From Planctopirus limnophila DSM 3776 (GTDB lineage Bacteria > Planctomycetota > Planctomycetia > Planctomycetales > Planctomycetaceae): a stretch of DNA of 32,000 nt. The stretch lies in contig NC_014148.1 in assembly GCF_000092105.1 (NCBI RefSeq), forward strand, positions 4,350,001-4,382,000, given 5' to 3'. Below are positions 19,106-27,356 of this stretch, piece after piece (positions within the stretch are counted from its first letter, which is position 1; each line of letters begins with the position of its first letter). The notes beneath the pieces are model-generated. The model was not told where the DNA came from. It saw only the letters and a list, made by a program, of their open reading frames with translations, and did no database searches. The translations under genes were made by a program, and so were the position numbers.

Positions 19106-19159
19106 ACCGTCAAAGGCATGCGCGCGGGTGCAGAGGGTGACTGTCGAATTTGACGAAGC

Positions 19160-19597
19160 TTACTGCAATATCACTAATCGGAAGCTTCCCTTGACGGAAC
19201 GTCCCTCGTCATGCAGCTGCAAATCAGTGATTGGTAATAGTTCGCCATTCCGAACTGCGACAATGCCAATCGCGGTCATCTTGTCATCGACTTCATCCAA
19301 AAGACTGAAGCACTGATCATTGACCAGTTGCGTCCACTCCATAAAGAGATCTCGGACTTGCGAGTATCCCGGTGCCGGAGTGAGGTCGCCACACCAGACG
19401 CCTGATCTGACCTCCCTGATCACAAACTCACCCAGCAGACCGGTCTCCCGGCCATGAAGAAAGATCGTGTCGCCGACATGAATCTCTGACATCGCAATGC
19501 TGCTCTTCTTTGGAATTCGAAAGCATGATGACTTTCCATACAAAAGAGTTTGAGGAATCGTCATTGGTGTTTTCAAATCAGAAAGATTCTGCCGCAT
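19160..19597 (-). CDS. Hypothetical protein (145 aa as tracked; ~110 aa if started at ATG 19492)
   Basis: No recognisable motif. The internal ATG at 19492 (MSEIHVGDTIFLHG...) is preceded by a purine-rich aagaagag ~10 nt upstream and is the more plausible start. Confidence 0.45.
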   Translation of the reverse strand: MRQNLSDLKTPMTIPQTLLYGKSSCFRIPKKSSIAMSEIHVGDTIFLHGRETGLLGEFVIREVRSGVWCGDLTPAPGYSQVRDLFMEWTQLVNDQCFSLLDEVDDKMTAIGIVAVRNGELLPITDLQLHDEGRSVKGSFRLVILQ

Positions 19598-19649
19598 TTC
19601 TTGTCACCGGCCATCTTCTGGCGGCATCTCACCTGCAGGAGGGTGCCAA

Positions 19650-20414
19650 ATGACTGAACGACCACAGGACTCTGAAAACACGAACTCCTCGCGAAGAAGT
19701 TTTCTGGGCGGGGGAGTGGCGGGGCTGGTGGTCGGCTTACAGACCTCTGCCAGCGTGGCTGCGTCACCCCCTGAGGGAAAGTCGGCCACCACCAACATTT
19801 CAGGCGTTGACCAGAGCAAGGTGGAAGTCGTGCATGCCGTGAACTCGCGTTTGTTCAGTTTTTGCGGAGGGCTGGCAGGTGACTGGATGGTGACTTCTAT
19901 CCGGGCAATTTGTGGTGAAACGCTGCCCGATGCGGAAAGAGTGCAAATTCATCAGGGAGTTAGTGCCGCCCATGAAGCTCTGTCATCAGGCACAAAGTGG
20001 TGTCTTCGCGGGGTGACGAGTAACGACCGCTATGTCACACGACCCGAGAAAGAACTCCTGTTAGCGAAGCAGGCACCACTTGGGAGAGCGACAGCCACAC
20101 ACGCAGCGCTGATTCCCATCCGAAAGTCCGCCCCCTGGTGGGCGATGACTCAGGACGAGCGGCGTGCCATGTTTGAGGAAGAGTCACATCACATCAAGAT
20201 CGGTATGGACTATCTCCCGGCCATTGCCCGCCGGCTGCATCATTGCCGGGATCTTGAAAGCAAAGAGCCCTTTGATTTCCTGACGTTTTTTGACTTCGCA
20301 CCCAGCGACGAACCGTTATTCGATCGCATGCTGGAAAGGCTGCGTTCGACTCGCGAGTGGAGTTTTGTGGATCGAGAAGTTGACATTCGCCTGAAAAAGG
20401 TGACTCCGACCTGA
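19650..20414 (+). CDS. cld: Chlorite dismutase family protein (short, clade-II Cld-like) with twin-arginine signal peptide
   Basis: It has a Tat motif (SRRSFLGGGVAGLVVG...ASVAASP). The C-terminal part is AALIPIRKSAPWWAMTQDERRAMFEEESHHIKIGMDYLPAIARRLHHCRDL..PFDFLTFFDFAP...EWSFVDREVDIRL. As I recall, this is nearly colinear with the short Cld of Nitrobacter winogradskyi (from memory, not searched). Confidence 0.75.
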   Translation: MTERPQDSENTNSSRRSFLGGGVAGLVVGLQTSASVAASPPEGKSATTNISGVDQSKVEVVHAVNSRLFSFCGGLAGDWMVTSIRAICGETLPDAERVQIHQGVSAAHEALSSGTKWCLRGVTSNDRYVTRPEKELLLAKQAPLGRATATHAALIPIRKSAPWWAMTQDERRAMFEEESHHIKIGMDYLPAIARRLHHCRDLESKEPFDFLTFFDFAPSDEPLFDRMLERLRSTREWSFVDREVDIRLKKVTPT

Positions 20415-20653
20415 GTGCCCAGCGTTCATTCAAGTGAGCTGTCGTCTGGCGGATACAAGATTCTCCCTGACAAATTTGTTCCCTGCCGATTGAAAGGAAG
20501 ATGGGCAGAAAAGAAATTGTCGGTAGTGAACGGCGGCAAACCCTTACCAAGTAGCAGCTTTCCAAACTAAAGTGGATAGAGTACAGCTGTGAATGGTCGA
20601 ATCATCGTTTGTGATCTTCAATTTCACTGAGTATTGATTCTACTGAGGGATTA

Positions 20654-21322
20654 ATGGCCAGCAGTTCCCAAGACGAAAGACCCTTGAAGATCATTCTCGC
20701 GGCCATTGAGCACGATCTCGCCGATGCCTGGGAGCAGCATTGTGGCGATCTTCCTGGCGTCTCCATTCATCGCGGATCGATCCTTGATCTTGCGGTTGAT
20801 GCCGTGGTCAGTCCGGCCAACAGCTTCGGGTTCATGGATGGCGGGATCGATCTCCGCTACTCCGAGCGCTTCGGTTGGGAGCTTCAGCAACGGCTGCAGG
20901 AGTTGATTCGCACCAGGCATCATGGAGAACTGCTCGTCGGTGCTGCCGAGATTGTCGAAACGAAATCCAATCACATCCCGTACGTCATCGCGGCCCCCAC
21001 AATGCGGGTGCCGATGATTCTTACCGAGACGGTCAATCCTTACCTCGCCGCCCGGGCAGTGCTACTCCTCATTCGGCATGGCATTGTACCCACGGGGATT
21101 CTGGCAGGCGAACCGGTGGCCTCAGCCGTGCAAACGGTCGCATTTCCGGGATTGGGGACTGGGATTGGTCGTGTCGGCCCGAACACCTGCGCCCATCAGA
21201 TGCGGGCCGCCATCGAAGAGGTGCTCCTCGAACGCTGCGACTTCCCCCACACCTGGGCTGAAGCCCAACAACGGCATCAACTCCTTTACACCGACCGCAT
21301 TCGAAATCTCCAGCGGGACTAG
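20654..21322 (+). CDS. Macro domain (ADP-ribose / Appr-1''-p binding or processing) protein
   Basis: 222-aa ORF with ...DAVVSPANSFGFMDGGIDL... and ...VAFPGLGTGIGRV... blocks, characteristic of stand-alone bacterial macro domains. Confidence 0.8.
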   Translation: MASSSQDERPLKIILAAIEHDLADAWEQHCGDLPGVSIHRGSILDLAVDAVVSPANSFGFMDGGIDLRYSERFGWELQQRLQELIRTRHHGELLVGAAEIVETKSNHIPYVIAAPTMRVPMILTETVNPYLAARAVLLLIRHGIVPTGILAGEPVASAVQTVAFPGLGTGIGRVGPNTCAHQMRAAIEEVLLERCDFPHTWAEAQQRHQLLYTDRIRNLQRD

Positions 21323-21325
21323 ACC
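21218..21325 (+). repeat. Direct repeat copy 1 (the 3' end of the macro gene, its stop codon and 3 nt beyond)
   Basis: 21235-21325 matches 23101-23191 at 89/91 positions without indels. Weaker similarity (13/17) extends 17 nt upstream. Confidence 0.9.
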
Positions 21326-21346
21326 AAACGCCCGCCACGCGCAAGC

Positions 21347-21630
21347 TCACTTGAGTAACGACTCGATGTTCCATACCCGGATTTCCTTGTCATTCAATAC
21401 CAGCACAACCTGTTTTCTGAAGTGAACAACCAGCGACCATCCGGGGAGAACGATGCCCCGAGTGTCCAAACCTCAATGGGCCGAACTTCAAATGGTTTAT
21501 CAATGCTGGCTGATTTGGTGGCCAGGATCTTGATGACGCCATCGTCTGCAACCTGCGACTCACCTGAGTTCGATGAGTCACCGACAGTTTCGGAGGGAGG
21601 GTCAACGGAAATCGGCGTGGGTTGTTGGGC
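21347..21630 (-). pseudogene. C-terminal remnant of a WD40-repeat gene (no start codon, one internal frameshift)
   Basis: Not in the ORF track because it has no start. My translation reads ...ADDGVIKILATKSASIDKPFEVRPIEVWTLGASFSPDGRWLFTSENRLCWY* (stop at 21396..21394). It then continues in the next frame as VVLVLNDKEIRVWNIESLLK* (stop at 21349..21347). The FSPDG+WL and D+xIRVWN segments are classic WD40 strand motifs. Confidence 0.4.
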
Positions 21631-21656
21631 TCACCCCACAAGAAATCCGCATCAGA

Positions 21657-23019
21657 CTACGGCTTCAAATTCGGAACCTTGATCTTTCGACCGAAGGCCT
21701 CGACCAACTCTTCGTCGTTCCATCCGTAGATATCCTGGAGAGCGACCTTGACATCCACTCCTTCCTTAACGGCGACGAACAACTCGCGGAAGGCATTTGC
21801 ATCACGATCAACCAGAAGCTCCACCAACATTCCCGACACGGGCTGATAGTCGATTGCATATTCGTTTTCGGTAATCAACCCTCCCAGGTTCTTATCGTTG
21901 CGAATGTGAGGCAAGACATCCTTGAGGGATGACTCTTGTGAATACTTTTCATAGAGCACCATGCGCCAGACAAAATCGTTAGTCCCATAGAACAGCCATT
22001 TCGGTATATGAGTACTGTTTGAACGGATGCGGAATTGAAACACACTGGTCAAATACCAGACAATGTCACAGACGATCGAATCGACTTCCCGTTCACCGCT
22101 GGCTAACACGAAAAACTGGCCACCTGGATAGCCAATATCTGTAGCCTCGGCGCTTTGATCTTCCCAATGACATTGCTTTTTAGCATAGTCAATAAAATGT
22201 TGACGACTCTTAAAAATGAAGACATGGAGTTTTCCGCAAAAAACAGACTGAATCTTCGGGAATGCCATACATCTTCTGAAGAAGCTGATAACTTGCCAGC
22301 ATTTTATCTTGAAAAACTTCCACATCCTTCGCCGGTAAGTCGCTATAAATCTGAAAGTCGCGGCTTTCGTAGGATACAAAGTCGACGCCCGGACAATGTG
22401 TCTCGAGCGCTTTGATGTTCAAGGTGTAGACAGACTGTTTTTTCTCCAACTCTTCCGGAGTATCGGGGCGATAAAGCTGGTAATTGCGGGACTTCAACCG
22501 TTCTGACACCACTTCATCATGTTTCGCACGATCCAGAAGAGCCCACCCCTTGGATTTCGTATCGAAGACCATATCGTATAACTTTCCGTCGATGGTCAGT
22601 GAGCGAATATCTCGGGTTGTGAATTTCGCTCGGTGCGACACCGGCTTGAATGTCAGGGTCTGCAGCACCGTCGGCTCCTTGCCGAACTTGATGATCGTGA
22701 TGAGTGCCGATGATTGCGTCGATCCGTTCAGAAGCGTCACATCGACAGTCATGCCGGGTTTGAGCAGTGGCGTTTCGCCTCCGATCGTCGCGACGTAATC
22801 CTTATCAAAGCCATACAGCGACCTCTGGACCGACTTGAAGTCCTTGGCCGCTGGCGCAACGCGAAACTGCGACGACACGGTCGTCGGCACCAGACAAACC
22901 ACCAGCACGATCAACGAACGGAGCGGACGTGTAAATTTCTGCAAATTTCGCGGAATGGTCGTCATCGCGACGTTCTCCAGCAAATGTGAAATACTGAAAA
23001 GACACCTTCTACCATTCAT
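21657..23019 (-). pseudogene. Secreted hypothetical protein gene split by a 1-nt frameshift at a homopolymer (ORFs 22210..23019 and 21657..22379)
   Basis: The two ORFs overlap by 170 nt in different frames. The upstream ORF has a signal-like N-terminus (RPLRSLIVLVVCLVPTTVSS). Removing one base from the A6 run at 22238-22243 (T6 on the coding strand) joins ...QKMYGIPEDSVCF to CGKLHVFIFKSRQHFIDYAKK..., giving one ORF of roughly 450 aa. My hand count for 22001-22100 is 44% GC. Confidence 0.6.
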
Positions 23020-23083
23020 AATCCAATTACGATATAAAAGAATATCGTACTGACGACCAGGAGGCCATATTCCCAGATTGTCA

Positions 23084-23191
23084 GCGGTGCTGCACGAATG
23101 CTGCGACTTCCCCTACACCTGGGCTGAAGCCCAACAACGGCATCAACTCCTTGACACCGACCGCATTCGAAATCTCCAGCGGGACTAGACC
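23084..23191 (+). repeat. Direct repeat copy 2: displaced 3' remnant of a macro-domain gene
   Basis: In frame it reads ...AVLHECCDFPYTWAEAQQRHQLLDTDRIRNLQRD* (stop at 23186-23188). The intact gene reads ...EVLLERCDFPHTWAEAQQRHQLLYTDRIRNLQRD*. There is an in-frame TGA at 23051-23053 upstream and no start codon. Confidence 0.85.
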
Positions 23192-23247
23192 TTGCGATTT
23201 CCGAAAAAGTAGCGAACCTTTCGTCTTGAGATACCTCCACGTGGTCA

Positions 23248-23865
23248 ATGAACACCCACCATTCAAGCGAACAACTACAACATCCACCCATGAACTATGC
23301 CGCTGCCCTGGAAGCTGTGCAGGCTGATGCGCGTTATCAGCGGAATCTGGATTGGGGGAAGCCGCGGGCGGGGCATCCGGAGGGGACGGTTCGTGCTCAT
23401 ATTGCCGAGATTGAGCCCCATCTGGAGCGGCTCGCGCCGAAACTCAGCCCCGTCGAGATCGACAAATTACGGCTGCTGATCCATACGCACGACTCATTCA
23501 AAGCCGAAGCAGAAGGCGGGGTGCCAATTACTCACGCGGCGAGCCATGCCTCACTGGCCCGGTCGTTCCTCGCGGAGTTCTGTGACGATGCTGACCTGCT
23601 GGCCATGGTGCAGTATCACGATGAACCCTTTGCCCTCTGGCGGCAGGTGAGTTCCAAAGGAACCTACAACCGGGAGAGACTCCAGGCTCTCATCGAGGCG
23701 ATTGAAGACTGGAACCTGTTCCTGGCTTTCAACATCATCGATGGCTGCACAATAGGGAAAAGCCGCCAGCCTTTGAGGTGGTTCTTTCAGGAGATTGCCG
23801 GAGTGAATCATCCTCGCCTGTACGACTTGCGATGGACGGATCAGGATATCATTCATACAGCCTGA
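23248..23865 (+). CDS. HD-domain metal-dependent phosphohydrolase-like protein
   Basis: 205-aa ORF with an H...HD...H...D pattern: GHPEGTVRAHI, LLIHTHDSFK and MVQYHDEPF. An alternative start is the second ATG (MNYAAALEAV...). It begins 59 nt after the stop of the macro remnant. Confidence 0.65.
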   Translation: MNTHHSSEQLQHPPMNYAAALEAVQADARYQRNLDWGKPRAGHPEGTVRAHIAEIEPHLERLAPKLSPVEIDKLRLLIHTHDSFKAEAEGGVPITHAASHASLARSFLAEFCDDADLLAMVQYHDEPFALWRQVSSKGTYNRERLQALIEAIEDWNLFLAFNIIDGCTIGKSRQPLRWFFQEIAGVNHPRLYDLRWTDQDIIHTA

Positions 23866-23905
23866 CGTGACTGGTATCACAATATGTGAGAGGGAAGAGC
23901 GAAGA

Positions 23906-23931
23906 TGGTGCATTCCGAGGACTCCATGCAC
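23906..23931. terminator. Hairpin in the convergent intergenic region (HD gene + / glycosyltransferase -)
   Basis: The hairpin is ggtgcat (12-nt loop) atgcacc, a 7-bp stem. It has no clear U-tract, so this is only a candidate bidirectional terminator. Confidence 0.25.
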
Positions 23932-23997
23932 CCTACTTCAGAGGTTACCAGGAGTTGAGTATTGATCTGCTATCGCATGGCTATCGTTCTTTCATAC

Positions 23998-25320
23998 TCA
24001 AGCGGCGAGGTCTTTGGCTGGGGTTAACGAAGTGGCTGTTTCGGATACCCTCGAAGCCTCGCGGAGTTCTTGGAGCCATTGCCGAAAGGCCAGAGCGGCG
24101 AACAGGGTCGTCGCGAGAGGGGCGAGCCAGACAGCGCGCTCCTGAGCGGTGATGAGTCGACCAATTTCAAAATTGCCCACAATCAGCACTGCGAGAATCG
24201 CATAGAGTATCGTTAAGCCACGTGAGCCACGGAGTGCCGCTTCAAAAAGCATCCAGCCGACGGCGGGGGCAATGCAGGCATAGGTATTCGGTTCCGTCCG
24301 TGGATTGAGCAGCATGAGGTATGTCGCACTCATCAGGAACAGCCAGGCGGCTGTACGGACTTGAGAGAGCTTCTGATGAGTCAGCCAGAAGCCACCCAGC
24401 GTAAGACCTGCCACGAAGAGCCTGGTAGCCGTTTGTAACCATGCCGGGGCATTCCAGCCAAACGCGGCAAAGGCCCCAAAAAAGTGGGCATAGAGGGCCT
24501 GGGATTCACCCACCTGATACGAAATGCGCAGCATGGCGAGCATATCCTGATATTGATCCACCACATAAGCAGGCCATTGCATGAGGAAAGGAGAGAGAGC
24601 GAGCAGCACGATTCCCGCGACCAGCCGGAGCCTCAAAGCGGGATAGACGGCACCCGCCAGGAGGAGCATGACGACAATCAGTGGTTTGAAGGCCATACCC
24701 AGACAGAGCCAGAAGGCGGCTTTCGTCCATTCCTTTTGAGCCAGCGCAAGGGAGGCCGAAAGCATGGCGGCTGTCATATGGATAGTCGATTGACCATTGC
24801 GCAAAGCGCTGAAGGCGAGAGGCAACGTCACGAGTGAGACAATCCAGAACATGGCATCGCTGGCGGCAGGATGGAGCAGCCGGCATAGACCACGCAATGC
24901 CAGAGCCAGCCAGGCCATGCCGATCAATCGCCAGATGACATCGCCAACGGGAACCGGCAAATAAGTGAGTGGCAGAAAGACGAGAGCCGCCTGGGGGAAG
25001 TAAAGAAAGCCGTCGCCGTGGGTGTTGTACATCTCTTCGCTGGCCCGCCACGCCATGGCGGCATTGCGATAGTTAATGGCGACCGAGCGATACTGCTGCT
25101 TGAGATAAAAGCCGCAAATGACCATCGCAAGGATCGCCCACAAGGCCCAGGTGGCAGCCGGAGTCCAGCGGCGTGAAGACTGTGTCCAGAGGGGGAGTGA
25201 GGCTGAGCCTTCAGGTCGCATATCGTCAGGCAATGTTCCGCCCGAAGTATGGTCTGCGTTCACTGGAGTTGCGTTCAACAGAGCGAAACGATTGGGCATC
25301 GCGATTCCTTCCCGGTGCAA
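23998..25320 (-). CDS. Polytopic membrane glycosyltransferase, GT-C fold (DUF2029/GT87-like)
   Basis: 440-aa ORF with many hydrophobic helices and an early loop ...NTHGDGFLYFPQAAL... of the kind seen in GT87/DUF2029 mannosyltransferase-like proteins. The family call is from memory of the sequence style only. Confidence 0.5.
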   Translation of the reverse strand: MHREGIAMPNRFALLNATPVNADHTSGGTLPDDMRPEGSASLPLWTQSSRRWTPAATWALWAILAMVICGFYLKQQYRSVAINYRNAAMAWRASEEMYNTHGDGFLYFPQAALVFLPLTYLPVPVGDVIWRLIGMAWLALALRGLCRLLHPAASDAMFWIVSLVTLPLAFSALRNGQSTIHMTAAMLSASLALAQKEWTKAAFWLCLGMAFKPLIVVMLLLAGAVYPALRLRLVAGIVLLALSPFLMQWPAYVVDQYQDMLAMLRISYQVGESQALYAHFFGAFAAFGWNAPAWLQTATRLFVAGLTLGGFWLTHQKLSQVRTAAWLFLMSATYLMLLNPRTEPNTYACIAPAVGWMLFEAALRGSRGLTILYAILAVLIVGNFEIGRLITAQERAVWLAPLATTLFAALAFRQWLQELREASRVSETATSLTPAKDLAA

Positions 25321-25407
25321 TTGGCCTTGCGAGCCGGGAATTTACGAAGTCTGCTCAACATCCGTCCAGACGGATTTGCATTTTCGCTGTCAGCAGGGTG
25401 GACGGAG

Positions 25408-26436
25408 TTACGCCTGACCAGCGACGTGGGCCATTTCTCCCGCGTGGTAGCTGGAGCGGACGAAGGGGCCGGAGGCGACCATCGAGAAGCCGAGGCCCCT
25501 AGCCAGTTCACCCAGTTCGTCGAATTCTTCGGGAGGGACATACCGCTCGACCGGCAGCATGTCGGGGGTTGGTTGCAGGTATTGGCCCAGCGTGAGCATA
25601 TCGCAATTGACGGCCCGGAGATCGGCCAGAACTTCCAGGAGTTCGTCCCGGGTTTCGCCCAGACCGAGCATCAGGCCCGTCTTGGTGAGCATATCGGGAG
25701 CCTCTTCTTTGATTTGTGCCAGCAGATTGAGAGTGCGCTGGTACTCCGCATTGCGGCGAACGCGGTGATACAGCCGGGGGACAGTCTCGGTATTATGATT
25801 AAAGACATCGGGCCGGGCTTCGATGACTCTCGATATCGCAGCGCGGTTCCCTTTGAAGTCGGGAGTGAGAACTTCGACCTGAGCCCCCGTTCGCTCGCGG
25901 ACAGCCAGAATGCATTCATAGAAGTGGTTGGCACCACCATCGGGCAAATCGTCACGGGTGACCGAGGTGATGACGACGTATTTGAGCCCCAGGCGAGCGG
26001 CGGCTTCAGCCACGCGACCAGGCTCATCGAGCTGGACGACTTCGGTTTTGCCGCGAGGGACGGAGCAGAAGCCGCAGGGCCTGGTGCAGACATTCCCCAG
26101 CACCATGAATGTGGCGGTCTTGGCCGACCAGCATTCGGTGCGGTTGGGGCACTTGGCACTTTCGCAGACCGTTTCAAGTTTGAGGTCGGCGATCACATCC
26201 GAGGTGTACTGCATGCCGGCTTGCGGCAGTGGGCGTTTGAGCCACTTGGGAAGCCTGAGACGCGTCGTAGTCACCGCTTCGAGATGTGGGCTGGCTGCTG
26301 ACCCGCAGGAACTGGGTTGAGCGGTTGAAGCCGGAGTGGCGGAGCTGTCGCAGCCGCTGCTTCCGCAACTGCTGGCGGAAGAACCACTGGCTTCGAAACC
26401 GTTAGGCAGAATGGGCAGCAGGTTGGGTGAAGACAT
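25408..26436 (-). CDS. lipA: Lipoyl synthase
   Basis: It carries the auxiliary-cluster block CESAKCPNRTECW and the radical-SAM block CTRPCGFCSV, plus ...VITSVTRDDLPDGG... and ...SGPFVRSSYHA. The N-terminal ~60 aa form an S/C/A-rich extension. The gene overlaps lipB by 35 nt. Confidence 0.9.
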   Translation of the reverse strand: MSSPNLLPILPNGFEASGSSASSCGSSGCDSSATPASTAQPSSCGSAASPHLEAVTTTRLRLPKWLKRPLPQAGMQYTSDVIADLKLETVCESAKCPNRTECWSAKTATFMVLGNVCTRPCGFCSVPRGKTEVVQLDEPGRVAEAAARLGLKYVVITSVTRDDLPDGGANHFYECILAVRERTGAQVEVLTPDFKGNRAAISRVIEARPDVFNHNTETVPRLYHRVRRNAEYQRTLNLLAQIKEEAPDMLTKTGLMLGLGETRDELLEVLADLRAVNCDMLTLGQYLQPTPDMLPVERYVPPEEFDELGELARGLGFSMVASGPFVRSSYHAGEMAHVAGQA

Positions 26437-27169
26437 AAACTTTCCTGACAGTACGCCGGAGTGAAGGATGTCCGGTCGTCAAATGATAGCGGGGATAATC
26501 GAGAGCGGCAGCCAAATGACGCACAAAAGCTTCGCGAACACTCGAGAGAGCTGTCGGTGCCCGTCGGTGAGCAGCCAGCGTGGAGACACGTCCATCATGG
26601 GTTCCCCAATCCACCAGTCGCAAGGCTGGCGGGGGGATAGAGACGTTAATAAACATACCTTGATGAGTGATGCCCCTTCGGCAGCCTGTGCCAATAAAGG
26701 CAAACTGTCCACAGCGGCCGGCCAGTCCAGGTGATTCAGGGTGTGATAGAGCGGGGGCTTTGAATTCGGTGGCTAATCCCACCAGAGCAGTCTCGAGTCT
26801 GGTGCGGTATTCGAGGAGTGACCAGCCTTTACGGTCGATGGGCAGGAGCACGTAGGCAGCGAGCTGGCCGGGAGTGTGAACCCAGGTTCCGCCCGGTCGA
26901 TTGAGCCAATGTGTGGGCATTTCGCGAGCGGTGAAATCCACGGGCTCGGCGAGGAGATCCGCCCGGCTGCCCTGCCTGCCAATCGTGACAGTGGCGGGAT
27001 GTTCACAGAAGAGGGCATAGCCTTTGGTGTCATCGCGGGCGAAGAGTTCTTCGAGGAGTTGTTCCTGCAGCCTCTGGCCCGAGTCGAAGTCAACCATTCC
27101 CAATAGATGGAAGTGGAGCGCCGACGACGATCTCGCAATCTGGCTCCAATTCGGGGTCGGGGTGGGCAT
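26402..27169 (-). CDS. lipB: Octanoyltransferase (lipoyl(octanoyl) transferase)
   Basis: 255-aa ORF with ...FCEHPATVTIGRQG...RPGGTWVHTPGQL... and ...GITHQGMFINV... blocks typical of LipB. It lies immediately upstream of lipA. Confidence 0.8.
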   Translation of the reverse strand: MPTPTPNWSQIARSSSALHFHLLGMVDFDSGQRLQEQLLEELFARDDTKGYALFCEHPATVTIGRQGSRADLLAEPVDFTAREMPTHWLNRPGGTWVHTPGQLAAYVLLPIDRKGWSLLEYRTRLETALVGLATEFKAPALSHPESPGLAGRCGQFAFIGTGCRRGITHQGMFINVSIPPPALRLVDWGTHDGRVSTLAAHRRAPTALSSVREAFVRHLAAALDYPRYHLTTGHPSLRRTVRKVYVFTQPAAHSA

Positions 27170-27356
27170 GGAAAAATCTGGCTGGTGAATTCAAATAGGC
27201 AAAGTCGTGTTCAACCTGGATCAGGCGAACGCTTCTTAAAGATATTGTACCAGCAGGAGAGGCAGACAAGAGGGTTCGACGATCTGCCCGAGCAAGTTTC
27301 CCCAAGGAAAAGTGTTTCAATGCGATGCAATTGGCACAAAACACCTGAGGATGTGA

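Noticed and set aside
25249-26301. 350-aa + strand ORF. Similar long antisense ORFs are at 3984..4772, 27107..27859 and 28530..29447.
   Set aside because: Each lies opposite a confidently identified gene (lipA, rseP, yacG/rtcB region, rtcB). They are typical GC-rich antisense open frames without recognisable motifs.
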